Virus record (IMG/VR): IMGVR_UViG_2860837431_000002 | Span: 1-64,000 of that record | DNA: 64,000 nucleotides | DNA from: an uncultured virus (IMG/VR IMGVR_UViG_2860837431_000002) | Taxonomy: Duplodnaviria; Heunggongvirae; Uroviricota; Caudoviricetes | Direction: 5' to 3' (one strand) | Shown here: positions 1 to 10,157 of the stretch, piece after piece | Layout of the letters: every line of letters begins with the position of its first letter | Position numbering within the stretch: position 1 is the first letter of the stretch | The notes under the pieces: model-generated | What the model saw: only the letters and a program-made list of their open reading frames with translations | Databases searched by the model: none | Told to the model about the DNA's origin: nothing | Translations under genes and position numbers: made by a program

Positions 1-468
1 ATGCCTAAACAGCAAACAGCAGAACTAAAACCATTTTTCCATAACAAAACAGTTTTAGTCACTGGCGGAACGGGTTCAATCGGGAGTCAAATTGTCAAAC
101 GCCTTTTGCTGCTTACACCTAAACAGGTGATTGTATTCAGCAAAGACGACAGTAAACAGTATGTCATGAGCCAAAAGTATGCGGAGGATAAGCGGCTATT
201 ATTTGTACTCGGAGATGTACGCGATCACAGAAGGGTGAATCAGGTGATGAAAGGCGTCGATATCGTCTTTCACGCGGCTGCGCTGAAACAGGTTCCGACA
301 TGTGAGGACCATCCATTTGAAGCGATCCAGACCAATCTCATCGGCGGACAAAATGTGGTGGAAGCTGCCCTTTCACACCGAGTGCAGCATGTCATTAATA
401 TCAGTACAGATAAAGCTGTATTTAATGATACTGACTACAAATGCACAAAAAAGAAAGGGCTATTCTGA
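1..468 (+). pseudogene. spsM: 5' half of spsM (spore-crust polysaccharide dehydratase, SDR/CapD family), interrupted by prophage
   Basis: TGGTGSIG Rossmann motif, HAAALKQVP and ISTDKAV motifs. Homology stops at the att core and is followed by a short phage-derived tail. Confidence 0.93.
406..421. other. SPbeta att core (prophage-host junction)
   Basis: ACAGATAAAGCTGTAT is the 16-bp core known for SPbeta integration in spsM. It is an imperfect palindrome, TACAG-ATAAAG-CTGTA. Confidence 0.9.
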
Positions 469-624
469 TTTTCTCAGAGCCCTTTCAAACAAGAATTGTG
501 CGATCTCCTTATAAAACGCTTCTTTGTCATCACTACCCTTTGTTTGCTCGATAAACCTTATTGAATAATTCTTCTTATGAACAACCTTAATTGTTTTCTT
601 CTTTAGTTCTTCATATTCTTCATA
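460..624 (-). CDS. sprB: Recombination directionality factor SprB (YotN), 54 aa from the second ATG; possible 5' frameshift
   Basis: Manual translation [27 protein letters not shown]...RALRKSE; lies next to att, as sprB does in SPbeta. Confidence 0.8.
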   Translation of the reverse strand, partial: YEEYEELKKKTIKVVHKKNYSIRFIEQTKGSDDKEAFYKEIAQFLFERALRKSE

Positions 625-630
625 AGGCAT

Positions 631-1221
631 TTATCGTACCCCCGTTTTCACAGGAGTATTATATGTATGTAGGGGTTTGTCTCTTGACTGTTCTTTCTTA
701 ATTAGTTCCCCGCAAAGCTTGTTTAAATAATATGTATAATTCACTTTCTTTTTCATCGAGCGCACTTCAGTACCGATTTCTTCACAAATCGCAATCGGGA
801 TACTGGCTTTGTTTACTTTATTCTTATATGTATGTTTCAACTGTTTTTCAGCTATGTTCTTATATGTAAGGAAATCATTAATATGTACGAAATAAACTTT
901 GTTTTCCGGCTCTCTAAATTGAAACAGAAATCCTGGAATGATGTTTGGGTATTGTGTTGCTTCCTTTAAATATTTAATCTGCTGCGACTTTATGATCTTC
1001 TCGCTAAAGGAAATAGACTTGTCCTTTGTTGATTTAAGCTCAAAAGGAAACAAGTACCCCTTAAAGAACAGAAAGCAATCATATTTGTTTTTTGATACTG
1101 CTGCTCCCCTTTTCAAAAACATTGGGTTAACGTCTTTAATTCGGTAGAAGAATAACTTCTGATCTATTGCAGATTTTTCAATGTTCGCTTCAAAAACTTT
1201 TCCTTGATTGTTAGCTCCCAA
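631..1221 (-). CDS. yotM: RecU-like Holliday junction resolvase
   Basis: GKVFEANI, YDC and FELKST PD-(D/E)xK RecU-type motifs; synteny. Confidence 0.8.
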   Translation of the reverse strand: MGANNQGKVFEANIEKSAIDQKLFFYRIKDVNPMFLKRGAAVSKNKYDCFLFFKGYLFPFELKSTKDKSISFSEKIIKSQQIKYLKEATQYPNIIPGFLFQFREPENKVYFVHINDFLTYKNIAEKQLKHTYKNKVNKASIPIAICEEIGTEVRSMKKKVNYTYYLNKLCGELIKKEQSRDKPLHTYNTPVKTGVR

Positions 1222-1312
1222 TCAATCACTCTCCTAATCTATATTGAAGGTAAAATATGGTTATGTTAATATTGATCTTGTATTAGTCTTGAATGTTGGA
1301 AAGGTGGTCAAA

Positions 1313-1531
1313 ATGAACCTTTATTTAATTCCAGCGCTCGTTATTTCACTTTGTCTTAATGTTGTTTTATACATTCAATTAGCAAAGAATAAAACTGCTG
1401 AATCCACTAAAATAGGATGGAAAGAAAGGATTGGACTTAACAATCCCTTAACAGCTTTGATATGGGCTTTTCTTTGCATTTCAATAGTGTTAAGTATCTT
1501 TGGCTTATTAGTTGGGCTTTTCAATTTATAA
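1313..1531 (+). CDS. Small two-TM membrane protein
   Basis: RBS AAGGTGG before ATG 1313; two hydrophobic stretches. Confidence 0.55.
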   Translation: MNLYLIPALVISLCLNVVLYIQLAKNKTAESTKIGWKERIGLNNPLTALIWAFLCISIVLSIFGLLVGLFNL

Positions 1532-1924
1532 ATCCCTTAACTTATCCACTAATTTTATTTTCACTCTAAATAAAAGACCGATTTTATTTAGTTGTTTGAC
1601 TCAACTCAATTGGCTCATAATTAGTCCATTCATGAAATATTTCCTTCTGATGTTGGCTTATCTTTATTGGTTTTACCCACTTTATCTTTGAAGATTTAAT
1701 CTTGCAGTCGCTGCTTACATCCTCTGAAAGTTCATGTTTATCTCTTTTCATTGAAATAACCCTCCCCAAATTACTCCTGCAGCTATAGCAGCTATAAAGA
1801 CAGAAACAAATTTCATTATTATGAAGAATTTGATATGCTTTGTTTCATCCTCAGTTAAGTTCAAATCTGATAAAGCGAATAAGCCAAACATTATCAACAA
1901 AATCCAAGCTGTTACAATCATCTA

Positions 1925-2470
1925 CTAAGAACCTCTTTCGACTGTGTAACCACCGGTAATGTCATTTAAGATCGTGCTGCTTGGGGACAGCTTTTCACTC
2001 TTACTATCATTATTTTTAGTGTAATTAATGAAATCATCGAACTGGATCAAATACACTCCGTAAGCTGTGTTATTCAATTTATCGATGGTATCGTCACTTG
2101 GTTTGGAAAACCAGCTTTTAGTACCTTGGCCATACACTTCAAAAATTTGAACAATCTCGTTCTTATACTCAAAATAAGCCAGCTTATTTTCAAATTCACA
2201 TTCCTCATCAACTGGGTTTCCTACATGATTTGTCGCATATTCCATCATTGAAGTAAGCATATAGCCTAATTCTACGTCCGAGAAACTAAGTTGAGGTTTA
2301 GGTGTTCCATAATAAATATCAGCCTCATTTAGTGATCCTCTTTGATTAACTTCTTTAATGATTTCTTCGATAGCTGTGTAGCCTTCATGAATGATGAAAT
2401 CTCTTCGTATCTCGTCCCCTCGTTTATATTCCTCTAGGAAACTTGTTATGTTAAACTCTGCATTCTTCAT
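1925..2470 (-). CDS. Hypothetical phage protein
   Basis: 181-aa ORF with AGGAGG RBS, coupled to the upstream ORF. Confidence 0.7.
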   Translation of the reverse strand: MKNAEFNITSFLEEYKRGDEIRRDFIIHEGYTAIEEIIKEVNQRGSLNEADIYYGTPKPQLSFSDVELGYMLTSMMEYATNHVGNPVDEECEFENKLAYFEYKNEIVQIFEVYGQGTKSWFSKPSDDTIDKLNNTAYGVYLIQFDDFINYTKNNDSKSEKLSPSSTILNDITGGYTVERGS

Positions 2471-2873
2471 TTAACTCCTCCTTACTTAGGTCGATGTATT
2501 GTTGAAGACTATTCACAAACGAAATTATGCAGCTTCTTATTTCCTCTGGATCTGCAAAGTCCATTTCGCTTTTTAAGAAATACTCATCAAGTTCCAACAT
2601 TGCAAGAAAACGGTCATCTTTTGGCAAGTTATTAAAGTTAATACTCTTTAATTTAGGAATTCCTTTATTTATAAACCATTCAACAAAAAGGTTATCCTTG
2701 CTTTGTCTTTTAGCCTGGGACAAAAAATCATAAATATCTTTAGAATTCTTTATATTGAAGTATATGTGCAGGCTCTCTTTCATAAGGTCAAACACTCGCA
2801 GTAAACAACAACTAATTTTAGACTCTGAATCAGTTCTATAATATAAATCAAACCATGTTAATTTGTAATGCAC
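2451..2873 (-). CDS. Hypothetical phage protein (possible paralog of neighbour)
   Basis: 140-aa ORF, GGAGG RBS. Confidence 0.65.
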   Translation of the reverse strand: MHYKLTWFDLYYRTDSESKISCCLLRVFDLMKESLHIYFNIKNSKDIYDFLSQAKRQSKDNLFVEWFINKGIPKLKSINFNNLPKDDRFLAMLELDEYFLKSEMDFADPEEIRSCIISFVNSLQQYIDLSKEELNEECRV

Positions 2874-3270
2874 TTAATCCCTCCTTGTACAAATCGATTA
2901 TTTCTGGCACTCGTTGAAAGAAAGTAATTATGCAACCTCTAGCGTCAAAGGGGTATTCGCAATCAATTTCAGCACTGGATATGTAGATTTCATATTTTAT
3001 GCTGGATATTAGTTGCGGATTATAAGGTAGCTCGAACTGTAAGCACCTCTTCAGAATAGGTAAATGCTCATTGACATACTTTAAGAACTTCTTCTCATAG
3101 CCAGGAACCTGTTCATATAGTTTGTTTACGAGCTCTTCAATTGTATCTGTTTGTACTTTGTAGAGGTTCTCGAACAGTGTTTTGTTGATGTCCATGAGCT
3201 CACTCAAAGCTTTTACGGTTTTCTGATTTCCAGTCATAGTAACTCCCCACCACTCAAAGCATTTATCCAT
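2848..3270 (-). CDS. Hypothetical phage protein
   Basis: 140-aa ORF, AAGGA RBS. Confidence 0.65.
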   Translation of the reverse strand: MDKCFEWWGVTMTGNQKTVKALSELMDINKTLFENLYKVQTDTIEELVNKLYEQVPGYEKKFLKYVNEHLPILKRCLQFELPYNPQLISSIKYEIYISSAEIDCEYPFDARGCIITFFQRVPEIIDLYKEGLSALQINMV

Positions 3271-3554
3271 TGCTGGTTATCCTTCTTAGTCGTTCAACTT
3301 CAGTGATATAAAACTCAGCTTTATAAACTTTCGTCATGCTCTCCTCCTAATTTTTAATCAACTTCATCTGGAAGGACAGGGAATCCATAATCTAGACAAT
3401 AACTGTCAAAGTCTGTTTCCTTTTCATCGCCGCATTTCGCACATTCTTCAATCACAACTGACGAATTATAACAACAAACTTCATATTCGTGCTGGCACTC
3501 CATTTCTCCACCGCCATTCAAGTTCTTTCTATACTAATAAAATCAACATTTTAT

Positions 3555-3746
3555 CTACTTCCAATTGTAGTTCTCCTTTTCTTTCTCTGAATCACCTATA
3601 TGCGAAAGAATCCAATTATGATAACCCTCTTCTCCACAATTAGGGCAATCCATTTCAGATATAACCTTTAATGTGTTTATCATAGGATTTTTAGCAAACA
3701 AGTGATGATTGCATTTTCTACAAAAAAACACAACTTCATTTTCCAT
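3555..3746 (-). CDS. Small Zn-ribbon protein (YotC-like)
   Basis: CxxC...CxxC, 63 aa, RBS; bounded by palindromic sites 3537 and 3766. Confidence 0.65.
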   Translation of the reverse strand: MENEVVFFCRKCNHHLFAKNPMINTLKVISEMDCPNCGEEGYHNWILSHIGDSEKEKENYNWK

Positions 3747-3779
3747 GTCTCCCCTTCCCTTCTGTATAAAATTAGAACT

Positions 3780-4361
3780 TTATTCAGTAATATGGAAGTC
3801 AAAATCCAAATCACTAATGTCAACCTGCTTTTCTTCATCATTAGGTAGCTTTATTTTCACTTCCGTATCAATTCCACAAGATGTATGTATAATTTTTTCA
3901 AGTATCTCCACTTTTTCATTGTTCAACTTTGCTCTATTAAAGTTCAAAATTTGTGCGTTAAACTCTATTTTATACGAGTCCCCGATATCTTCATTAATAT
4001 CACAAATGCTTATATTCAGCTCCTTCTCTTGAGTCAGACTCAACAGGTACTCCCTAACTTTTGTTGCAAACTCCAAGTTAAACCAATGAAAACTCTCTTC
4101 ACACTTTCTACCCAGCTGTATAGAAAAGGCTGCGGGCTCATTATCCAGAAAATAGACTCTGTACCCTACATAGGAATCGGTACAATACCAGTTTCCAACC
4201 CAATAACACTTTAGCCTGTCCTGCTCAACATATGGTACATTATCGAGACCTAATTCGCGCCCAATATCCTGCGTGTCGACCTCACTTTCATTTTGTTTTG
4301 ATTTATCAATTTTATTAACAATATCAATTAGCTTCATTTTGCAATACCCTTTCTTTTCCAT
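3780..4361 (-). CDS. Hypothetical phage protein
   Basis: Long ORF; stop codon lies inside site 3766-3783. Confidence 0.65.
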   Translation of the reverse strand: MEKKGYCKMKLIDIVNKIDKSKQNESEVDTQDIGRELGLDNVPYVEQDRLKCYWVGNWYCTDSYVGYRVYFLDNEPAAFSIQLGRKCEESFHWFNLEFATKVREYLLSLTQEKELNISICDINEDIGDSYKIEFNAQILNFNRAKLNNEKVEILEKIIHTSCGIDTEVKIKLPNDEEKQVDISDLDFDFHITE

Positions 4362-4431
4362 GATTCAGTCCATGCTAATTTATGCTCCATGGCCAATAGA
4401 CATTAAAATCACCCTCTCTTTGTAAAAACGT

Positions 4432-4460
4432 GTATAATCCCTGAAAAAGTCTCCATAATA
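4432..4460 (+). promoter_or_regulatory. Putative sigma-G promoter of sspC
   Basis: GTATA-N17-CATAATA upstream of the SASP gene. Confidence 0.6.
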
Positions 4461-4506
4461 TGATTCAAACAAGCTTGTTTTCATTACACTTTAGGAGATG
4501 AATAAG

Positions 4507-4725
4507 ATGCCTCAACAAAGTAGATCAAGATCAAACAACAATAATGATTTACTAATTCCTCAAGCAGCTTCAGCTATTGAACAAATGAAACTTGAAATAG
4601 CTTCTGAGTTTGGTGTTCAATTAGGCGCTGAGACTACTTCTCGTGCTAACGGTTCTGTTGGTGGAGAAATCACCAAACGTTTAGTTCGCTTAGCTCAACA
4701 GAACATGGGAGGTCAATTTCATTAA
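4507..4725 (+). CDS. sspC: Alpha/beta-type small acid-soluble spore protein
   Basis: [33 protein letters not shown] signature, 72 aa. Confidence 0.96.
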   Translation: MPQQSRSRSNNNNDLLIPQAASAIEQMKLEIASEFGVQLGAETTSRANGSVGGEITKRLVRLAQQNMGGQFH

Positions 4726-5052
4726 TCTTTATGGGAGTGGCTTCTGCTACTCCCTAACACCTTTCTCTTTAAAATACAGATTTTATATTAATTTAAACGT
4801 AATAACTAATTTTTTTATCCATCACTTTTCGGATAATTCGTTCCTGTTGCAATGACTTTCGACATTAGTAGGGTTCCGTAATTCATAATTCATAAGAGCT
4901 CCCCCTCGCATGCGTATTTTCGATAACATCCTTTGCAGTAAACGTATTTGGGAACTTCGATTTTCGGAAACCTCTCTTTACATCCACAGTAAGGGCACTC
5001 GACAACCTCAGTTTCGCGCAAATATAACCCGAGGTTATTCCACTTGTTTACG

Positions 5053-5778
5053 TCAATCATTTGCCACCTCTTCGCGAGAGTCGTCGATGATTTTAAGTTC
5101 GTTTTTTCGAGCATCCTTAAGTTGTATCCATCCTCCAGAAAGAGGTGGCCAACCATTGTCTGCAATAACTAATGCTGTCCATGCTCGCGAATACTGCACT
5201 ATGTCGCCCACACGAACCTCAGTCGGCTGTGGCGCGTTCAAGTATTCGTCCGGCACCGCCAGGCCTAGCGCACGTCTTAGCGCAATTGCTTTACCGATGT
5301 GAACGTTGAAACAGTCGTCAGGTGCGGCTTTGGCGATTCCCTTTGCGTAGACATTCCCGGTGCGGACGCCTTTTACTAGCGCGACAACTGTTCGTTTATC
5401 GCGATTTGCTACGAATTCCACGTTACAGGTAGCTTTGGTAAACACATCCGTTTCATATCGCACGCCAGCACCGTAATTAGACAGCTTCTCAACGTCCATC
5501 TTCGCCTGCTCAACGATCTCATCGCGGCGGGCTTGTGCGGTCTTTTCCGGCTTCCATAAACGTTCCTCTAGCGTCGTACAAACCGGAGTCGTTACCGTAT
5601 TTACATCGCCAGGTACAATAACAACGTCTTGATTCGTTTTTGCATAGTGAACTACGAATCTATAAGAATATGCTCCACCAATAACGATATCTCCAAAACG
5701 AGATTTATAACCGAAATATTTATCGTCCTTCTTTTCAAATACCGTATTCGCATTATTGATCAGCAATTTATTTTCCAA
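5053..5778 (-). CDS. Hypothetical phage protein, GC-rich
   Basis: 241-aa ORF with AGGAG RBS and TTG start. Confidence 0.7.
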   Translation of the reverse strand: MENKLLINNANTVFEKKDDKYFGYKSRFGDIVIGGAYSYRFVVHYAKTNQDVVIVPGDVNTVTTPVCTTLEERLWKPEKTAQARRDEIVEQAKMDVEKLSNYGAGVRYETDVFTKATCNVEFVANRDKRTVVALVKGVRTGNVYAKGIAKAAPDDCFNVHIGKAIALRRALGLAVPDEYLNAPQPTEVRVGDIVQYSRAWTALVIADNGWPPLSGGWIQLKDARKNELKIIDDSREEVAND

Positions 5779-5790
5779 TTCGCCAACTCC

Positions 5791-6147
5791 TTAGATATCA
5801 TTTAATTTTTGTGTCAGATGAATAAATTGATCATTTAACTCTTTGAATTTTTCCTTATTTATGTATGCTTTATTTTCCCTAAACAAAAATATATCCCGAT
5901 ATGCTTTTCTTCTATTCCTGTTAATAATTTTAGTCGCAATAGTTGAGCTTACCCATTCTTCATTTACTATCTGGTTTAGGATTTCACCAAGTTCGAATAG
6001 AATTTCTAGTTTCTCTTTGTTTTGCTGTGTTTCAAGTCTTAACAATTCCCTCTGTGTTTCAAGTTGCATTGTTTCAAATTTGTATTTCTTTTTCTTCAAG
6101 GCTGCTATCTTTTCATTTGCGTTATGTGTTTTATTTCCCGTCTCCAA
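5791..6147 (-). CDS. Coiled-coil phage protein (YosX-like)
   Basis: AGGAGG RBS; synteny. Confidence 0.6.
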   Translation of the reverse strand: METGNKTHNANEKIAALKKKKYKFETMQLETQRELLRLETQQNKEKLEILFELGEILNQIVNEEWVSSTIATKIINRNRRKAYRDIFLFRENKAYINKEKFKELNDQFIHLTQKLNDI

Positions 6148-6253
6148 TGAATCACCTCCTTAAAGTTTGAATAAAATATTAGTTTTATCAAAATGCATAT
6201 TTTTTGTTTTTGTATTTTAAATAAAAAACTATTATCACATAACCTTCTTATTC

Positions 6254-6793
6254 TCATATTATACATATTTTTTGTCTTTGTCTATAATTATTTTCAAAAG
6301 TTATAAAGGAATAATTGTATTTGTTCTTTTCATCGGCTTTATTATGCAGTTTATCAGTCAATTTCCAACGATCATCTAACATAGGAAAATATGAATCTGC
6401 TTCTCTTTGCGCTGAGTCAACAATTGTCAAATACACTTTATCAGCGTAGGGCAAGAATGTTTTGTAAATCATACTTCCTCCTATCACCATCACTTCCTCA
6501 TCAGTGTTAACTTGTCCTTGAATGAGCTTTAAGACCTCCTCAATTGAATGATAAACAAACGACGAATAATCTGGCTTAAAGTTCTGATCCCTAGTAAGTA
6601 TAATATTCCTTCTATTTTGTAGAGGCTTACCTGTCATACCGATAATTGATTCGTATGTTGATCTTCCTTGAATACATATTTTCCCCTCAGTTTTTTCTTT
6701 GAAGTGTTTCATGTCAGCAGGCAAATGATACAGTAATTTGTTTTGATATCCAATGGCCAGAGTTTTATCACAGCAAGCAATAAGAGATAGCAT
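6254..6793 (-). CDS. dfr: Dihydrofolate reductase
   Basis: IG..NKLLYHLPADMKHFK, QGRSTYES, RRNIILT, VIGG and ADSYFP DHFR motifs. Confidence 0.93.
   Translation of the reverse strand: MLSLIACCDKTLAIGYQNKLLYHLPADMKHFKEKTEGKICIQGRSTYESIIGMTGKPLQNRRNIILTRDQNFKPDYSSFVYHSIEEVLKLIQGQVNTDEEVMVIGGSMIYKTFLPYADKVYLTIVDSAQREADSYFPMLDDRWKLTDKLHNKADEKNKYNYSFITFENNYRQRQKICII
6256..6287 (-). promoter_or_regulatory. sigma-A promoter with SPBRE-like operator
   Basis: TAGACA-N17-TAATAT containing the repeated element ATACATATTTTTTGTCTTTGTCTA. Confidence 0.6.
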
Positions 6794-7632
6794 TAAACCG
6801 CTACCTCAAATAAAAGCTTGTCCCCATGTTTATAGTTAATTAACTTGAAGTCATCAATGGTAAAGTCATAAAAATCTTTCACTTCAGGATTGATCCATAA
6901 TTCAGGTGCTTCAAACTGTTCTCTTTCCATTTGAATTTTCAAATTGTATATATGACGTGTGTACACATGGCAATCCCCAATGTTAAAGATATATTCACCA
7001 AGCTCATAACCAGTCACTTGAGCAATCATGCGCTGCAACACATTGTACTGGAATACATTGAATGGATTCCCCAACGCCATATCATTGCTCCGTGCTCTTA
7101 CCTCGAGGTGGAGCTTACCTTGCTTCACATACCATTGAGTTTCGTATACACATGGCGTTAAGGCCATTGCGTCTAAATCATCAGGATTCCACAGCATTGT
7201 AATGTGTCTGCGTGAAGACGGGTTGTTCTTCAATTGATGAAGAAGATAATCAACCTGATCCACTTTTTCTCCATTTAGACTTCTGTTTTTCTTCCCCAGC
7301 TGAAATCCATATGCATGTCCGATGGTGCCGTCTTCTTGTTTCCACTGATCCCAAATATGTACGCCCATCTTGTTTAAATCATTAACATCATTAGATTTCA
7401 GCTGCCAAATCCAGAGCAACTCTTTAATGGCTGTTTTCCAGGCAACCTTTTTTGTCGTTAAAATCGGAACCTCTGAGTTGTCGAATCTTATTTGCTTACT
7501 GATAACGCTTAGAGTATGTGCCGGTGTTCCATCTGAGTCCCACTTGGTTCTTACATCAAACTCTTCATCTGAGATCCCATTATTGATAATATCCTTTATA
7601 ATTGAATTATATTGTTTATCGAATTGAGTCAT
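6793..7632 (-). CDS. thyP3: Thymidylate synthase, phi3T ThyP3/ThyA type, 279 aa
   Basis: MTQFDKQY start; LTPCVY, RSNDMALGNPFN and DCHVY motifs. Confidence 0.95.
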   Translation of the reverse strand: MTQFDKQYNSIIKDIINNGISDEEFDVRTKWDSDGTPAHTLSVISKQIRFDNSEVPILTTKKVAWKTAIKELLWIWQLKSNDVNDLNKMGVHIWDQWKQEDGTIGHAYGFQLGKKNRSLNGEKVDQVDYLLHQLKNNPSSRRHITMLWNPDDLDAMALTPCVYETQWYVKQGKLHLEVRARSNDMALGNPFNVFQYNVLQRMIAQVTGYELGEYIFNIGDCHVYTRHIYNLKIQMEREQFEAPELWINPEVKDFYDFTIDDFKLINYKHGDKLLFEVAV

Positions 7633-7689
7633 GTTTCTCAGTCCTTTTTTGAATTGTATATGCAAAAAACAAAGCATTAATTAAATATT

Positions 7690-8106
7690 TTATAAGAATA
7701 CACCTGCCAAATAAAATACAACAAAAAGAAAATTCCCACAAACAAACACCCAGTAAATATATGTATTTTGCTTAGTTTTTTCACCGTCTAATACATCTAA
7801 AACTTTAAACATGCTAAGTACAACATATATAAGTGAAACTGCTGTCCATGCAAGCATTAGGATGTTATCGTGCATAACTAATCCAATATAAGCCAGAGGG
7901 ACAATGAAAGATATTCCCTTGAGCAAAGTAAACAGGTAAATCAAATTCTTATTTCGTTTCACATTTTCTAATGTTGAATTATCAATCGCACTCTTTACTT
8001 TTCTATATGTATCACTTTCTCCTCGAACAATCAATCTGACCTCATTAATGTTTAATGCAATTAGATAAGCTGCTAGAAATAAAGTTAGATACGCTATAAT
8101 AAACAT
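7690..8106 (-). CDS. Multi-pass membrane protein
   Basis: About 4 hydrophobic segments, RBS. Confidence 0.65.
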   Translation of the reverse strand: MFIIAYLTLFLAAYLIALNINEVRLIVRGESDTYRKVKSAIDNSTLENVKRNKNLIYLFTLLKGISFIVPLAYIGLVMHDNILMLAWTAVSLIYVVLSMFKVLDVLDGEKTKQNTYIYWVFVCGNFLFVVFYLAGVFL

Positions 8107-8347
8107 CTCCTTATTTTATATTTGTCTTTTGATTTATTACTACTCTAATCAAGTGATAATTAAGCATTTAGGCGAGTCATGGAAATCATAATCCCCTACT
8201 TTAAATAAATTAGTCGGTCTTGATCTATTCACTCGGCTATGCTGGTCAGAGTTCCTCATTAATAAACCATCTTGCAGCATATTCTTATATCCATGTAAAT
8301 TAATCAATTCATTTATTTCTTCGGGCGTACCCTCAAATTCAATACCA

Positions 8348-8653
8348 TTAATATTTGCTTTCATCCAAAAAGCTCCCCTTTAATTCATTCACTTGATCAG
8401 CAATGTTTTCTTTAATTGTATATGGCAACTGATCGATCCCTTTTCCAATTCGTTTCTGACCAGTTTTCCTGATTTTTGTTGTCATCTCTTTAAAATACTC
8501 TAAAGCAGTATCTGCAATTTCATCATATAGCCCCTGAATTTTCACTAATACACTTAAATACTCTTCGTCACCTTCTTCAAATAGTGCCAACCCTTCTTCA
8601 AGTTTATTGATCTTTTCAATACTCTTTATTATTTTATTTTTATCCTTAAACAA
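8348..8653 (-). CDS. YosV-like hypothetical protein
   Basis: Recalled similarity to SPbeta YosV; synteny. Confidence 0.55.
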   Translation of the reverse strand: MFKDKNKIIKSIEKINKLEEGLALFEEGDEEYLSVLVKIQGLYDEIADTALEYFKEMTTKIRKTGQKRIGKGIDQLPYTIKENIADQVNELKGSFLDESKY

Positions 8654-8965
8654 TTAATCACCCACCCAGTTTATTTTGGTCATGTATCTTCATGAAGTTA
8701 GCTGCCGCCTTCTTGTATCTCAGGTCTTTCTCGTACTCAGCAACTTGTCTCATATGTTCAATAAATTCATCTTCAAGTCCTTGCAACTGAAGAAATCCAA
8801 AGCAAAGACCATTCCTATAAAGCATGTCGTCATATTTTGCTTGTAAAGCTCTTTCTTTGCTGTTAATGATCTCTTTCCTCCTTAAATATTAGATAAAAAA
8901 ATCTGTGCCATCTCCTTTTCTCTAAATATGTTAAAATGAACCAAAAAGGAAATTGTGGTGTATTT

Positions 8966-9583
8966 ATGCTAGACTCAGCTTTTCTCTTGCAATACTTTAT
9001 GGTTCTTTATTTTTGCTTCATATTTTATAGACTCATTAGACGATTCCTTTACAAAAAAGGTCGGCTGCCAGTACATAAACATATCGTTATCCTCTGTTTA
9101 TTGGTTTACTTTTTCAACTTGATAAGTGTTACACTTTTCCCTATGCCAATAGATGCTAATTTAATTAAGGATATGAAGGATGACACTTATATCCCTTTTG
9201 TATCAGGAAATAACTTTATCCCGTTTTACTTTTTTGTAGACGTTTACCATGAAGGACTGCAATATTATGTAATTAGATCACTTGGAGGAAACCTAATATT
9301 ATTACTGCCAATTGGCTTGTTGTTTCCTTTTTTATTCGCGAAGTTAAATAACGTAAAAAGGATTTTGCTAACTGGATTTTTCATATCTCTATTTATTGAA
9401 CTTATACAGCTTTCGTTTTCAGTGTATATAGGATCGATTTACAGAAGTTTTGATGTAGATGATTTAATCCTTAACACCTTAGGTACTTTAATAGGGTATT
9501 GGTTCTTTTACATTTTAAGAATGCTCTATGAAAAATTGAGTTATCGTATTAAAAATAACTCGTCATCAATAAACATTGAATAA
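8966..9583 (+). CDS. VanZ-family membrane protein
   Basis: GNLILLLPIG, IELIQ and RSFDVDDLILNTLG VanZ motifs. Confidence 0.85.
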   Translation: MLDSAFLLQYFMVLYFCFIFYRLIRRFLYKKGRLPVHKHIVILCLLVYFFNLISVTLFPMPIDANLIKDMKDDTYIPFVSGNNFIPFYFFVDVYHEGLQYYVIRSLGGNLILLLPIGLLFPFLFAKLNNVKRILLTGFFISLFIELIQLSFSVYIGSIYRSFDVDDLILNTLGTLIGYWFFYILRMLYEKLSYRIKNNSSSINIE

Positions 9584-9676
9584 TTTATGCATTCTCTCAT
9601 ATGATAATATGTACCTTGGCTGAAACCTCCATTGTTCAGATCACAGCATGAATACAGCCAAGGTTTTTAATTTTAC

Positions 9677-10105
9677 TTACTTCGTCCCCGTTGAACCGTG
9701 TCCGCCACGATCTTCATTCCCCAAATGCTCAACCTCTACCAATTCAACTTCCGGCATTTTCTTCATAATTCTAAATTGACAAATCCGATCTCCCTTTTTA
9801 ATCTCAGTATCACGTAATGCATAAGCAGGGAAGAACCAGAAATCGTTGTCTCCCTTATATGACTCATCGATTACACCCATTGAATTTGTTTGAATAACGC
9901 CAAAGTTCTTATATGTACTGGAACGAGGAACGACATGTGCTTCGTAACCTTCAGGTAGCTCCATTGCAACACCTAATGGGATAAGCTTAAATTCATCTTT
10001 TTTGATTGTTACATCTTCAGCTGCACGAAGATCAATCCAATCACCTTGCTCCATTTTGTTAATTCTTGTTTGTGCTTCATCTAAGTATTTGATTTTAATT
10101 TGCAT
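9677..10105 (-). CDS. yosS: Trimeric dUTPase
   Basis: [18 protein letters not shown] and RGGHGSTG motifs; 142 aa. Confidence 0.95.
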   Translation of the reverse strand: MQIKIKYLDEAQTRINKMEQGDWIDLRAAEDVTIKKDEFKLIPLGVAMELPEGYEAHVVPRSSTYKNFGVIQTNSMGVIDESYKGDNDFWFFPAYALRDTEIKKGDRICQFRIMKKMPEVELVEVEHLGNEDRGGHGSTGTK

Positions 10106-10157
10106 TATGTATTAGCTCCTTTTAATTTAAGTTTGTTTAAAATTACCCTTTTATTGA

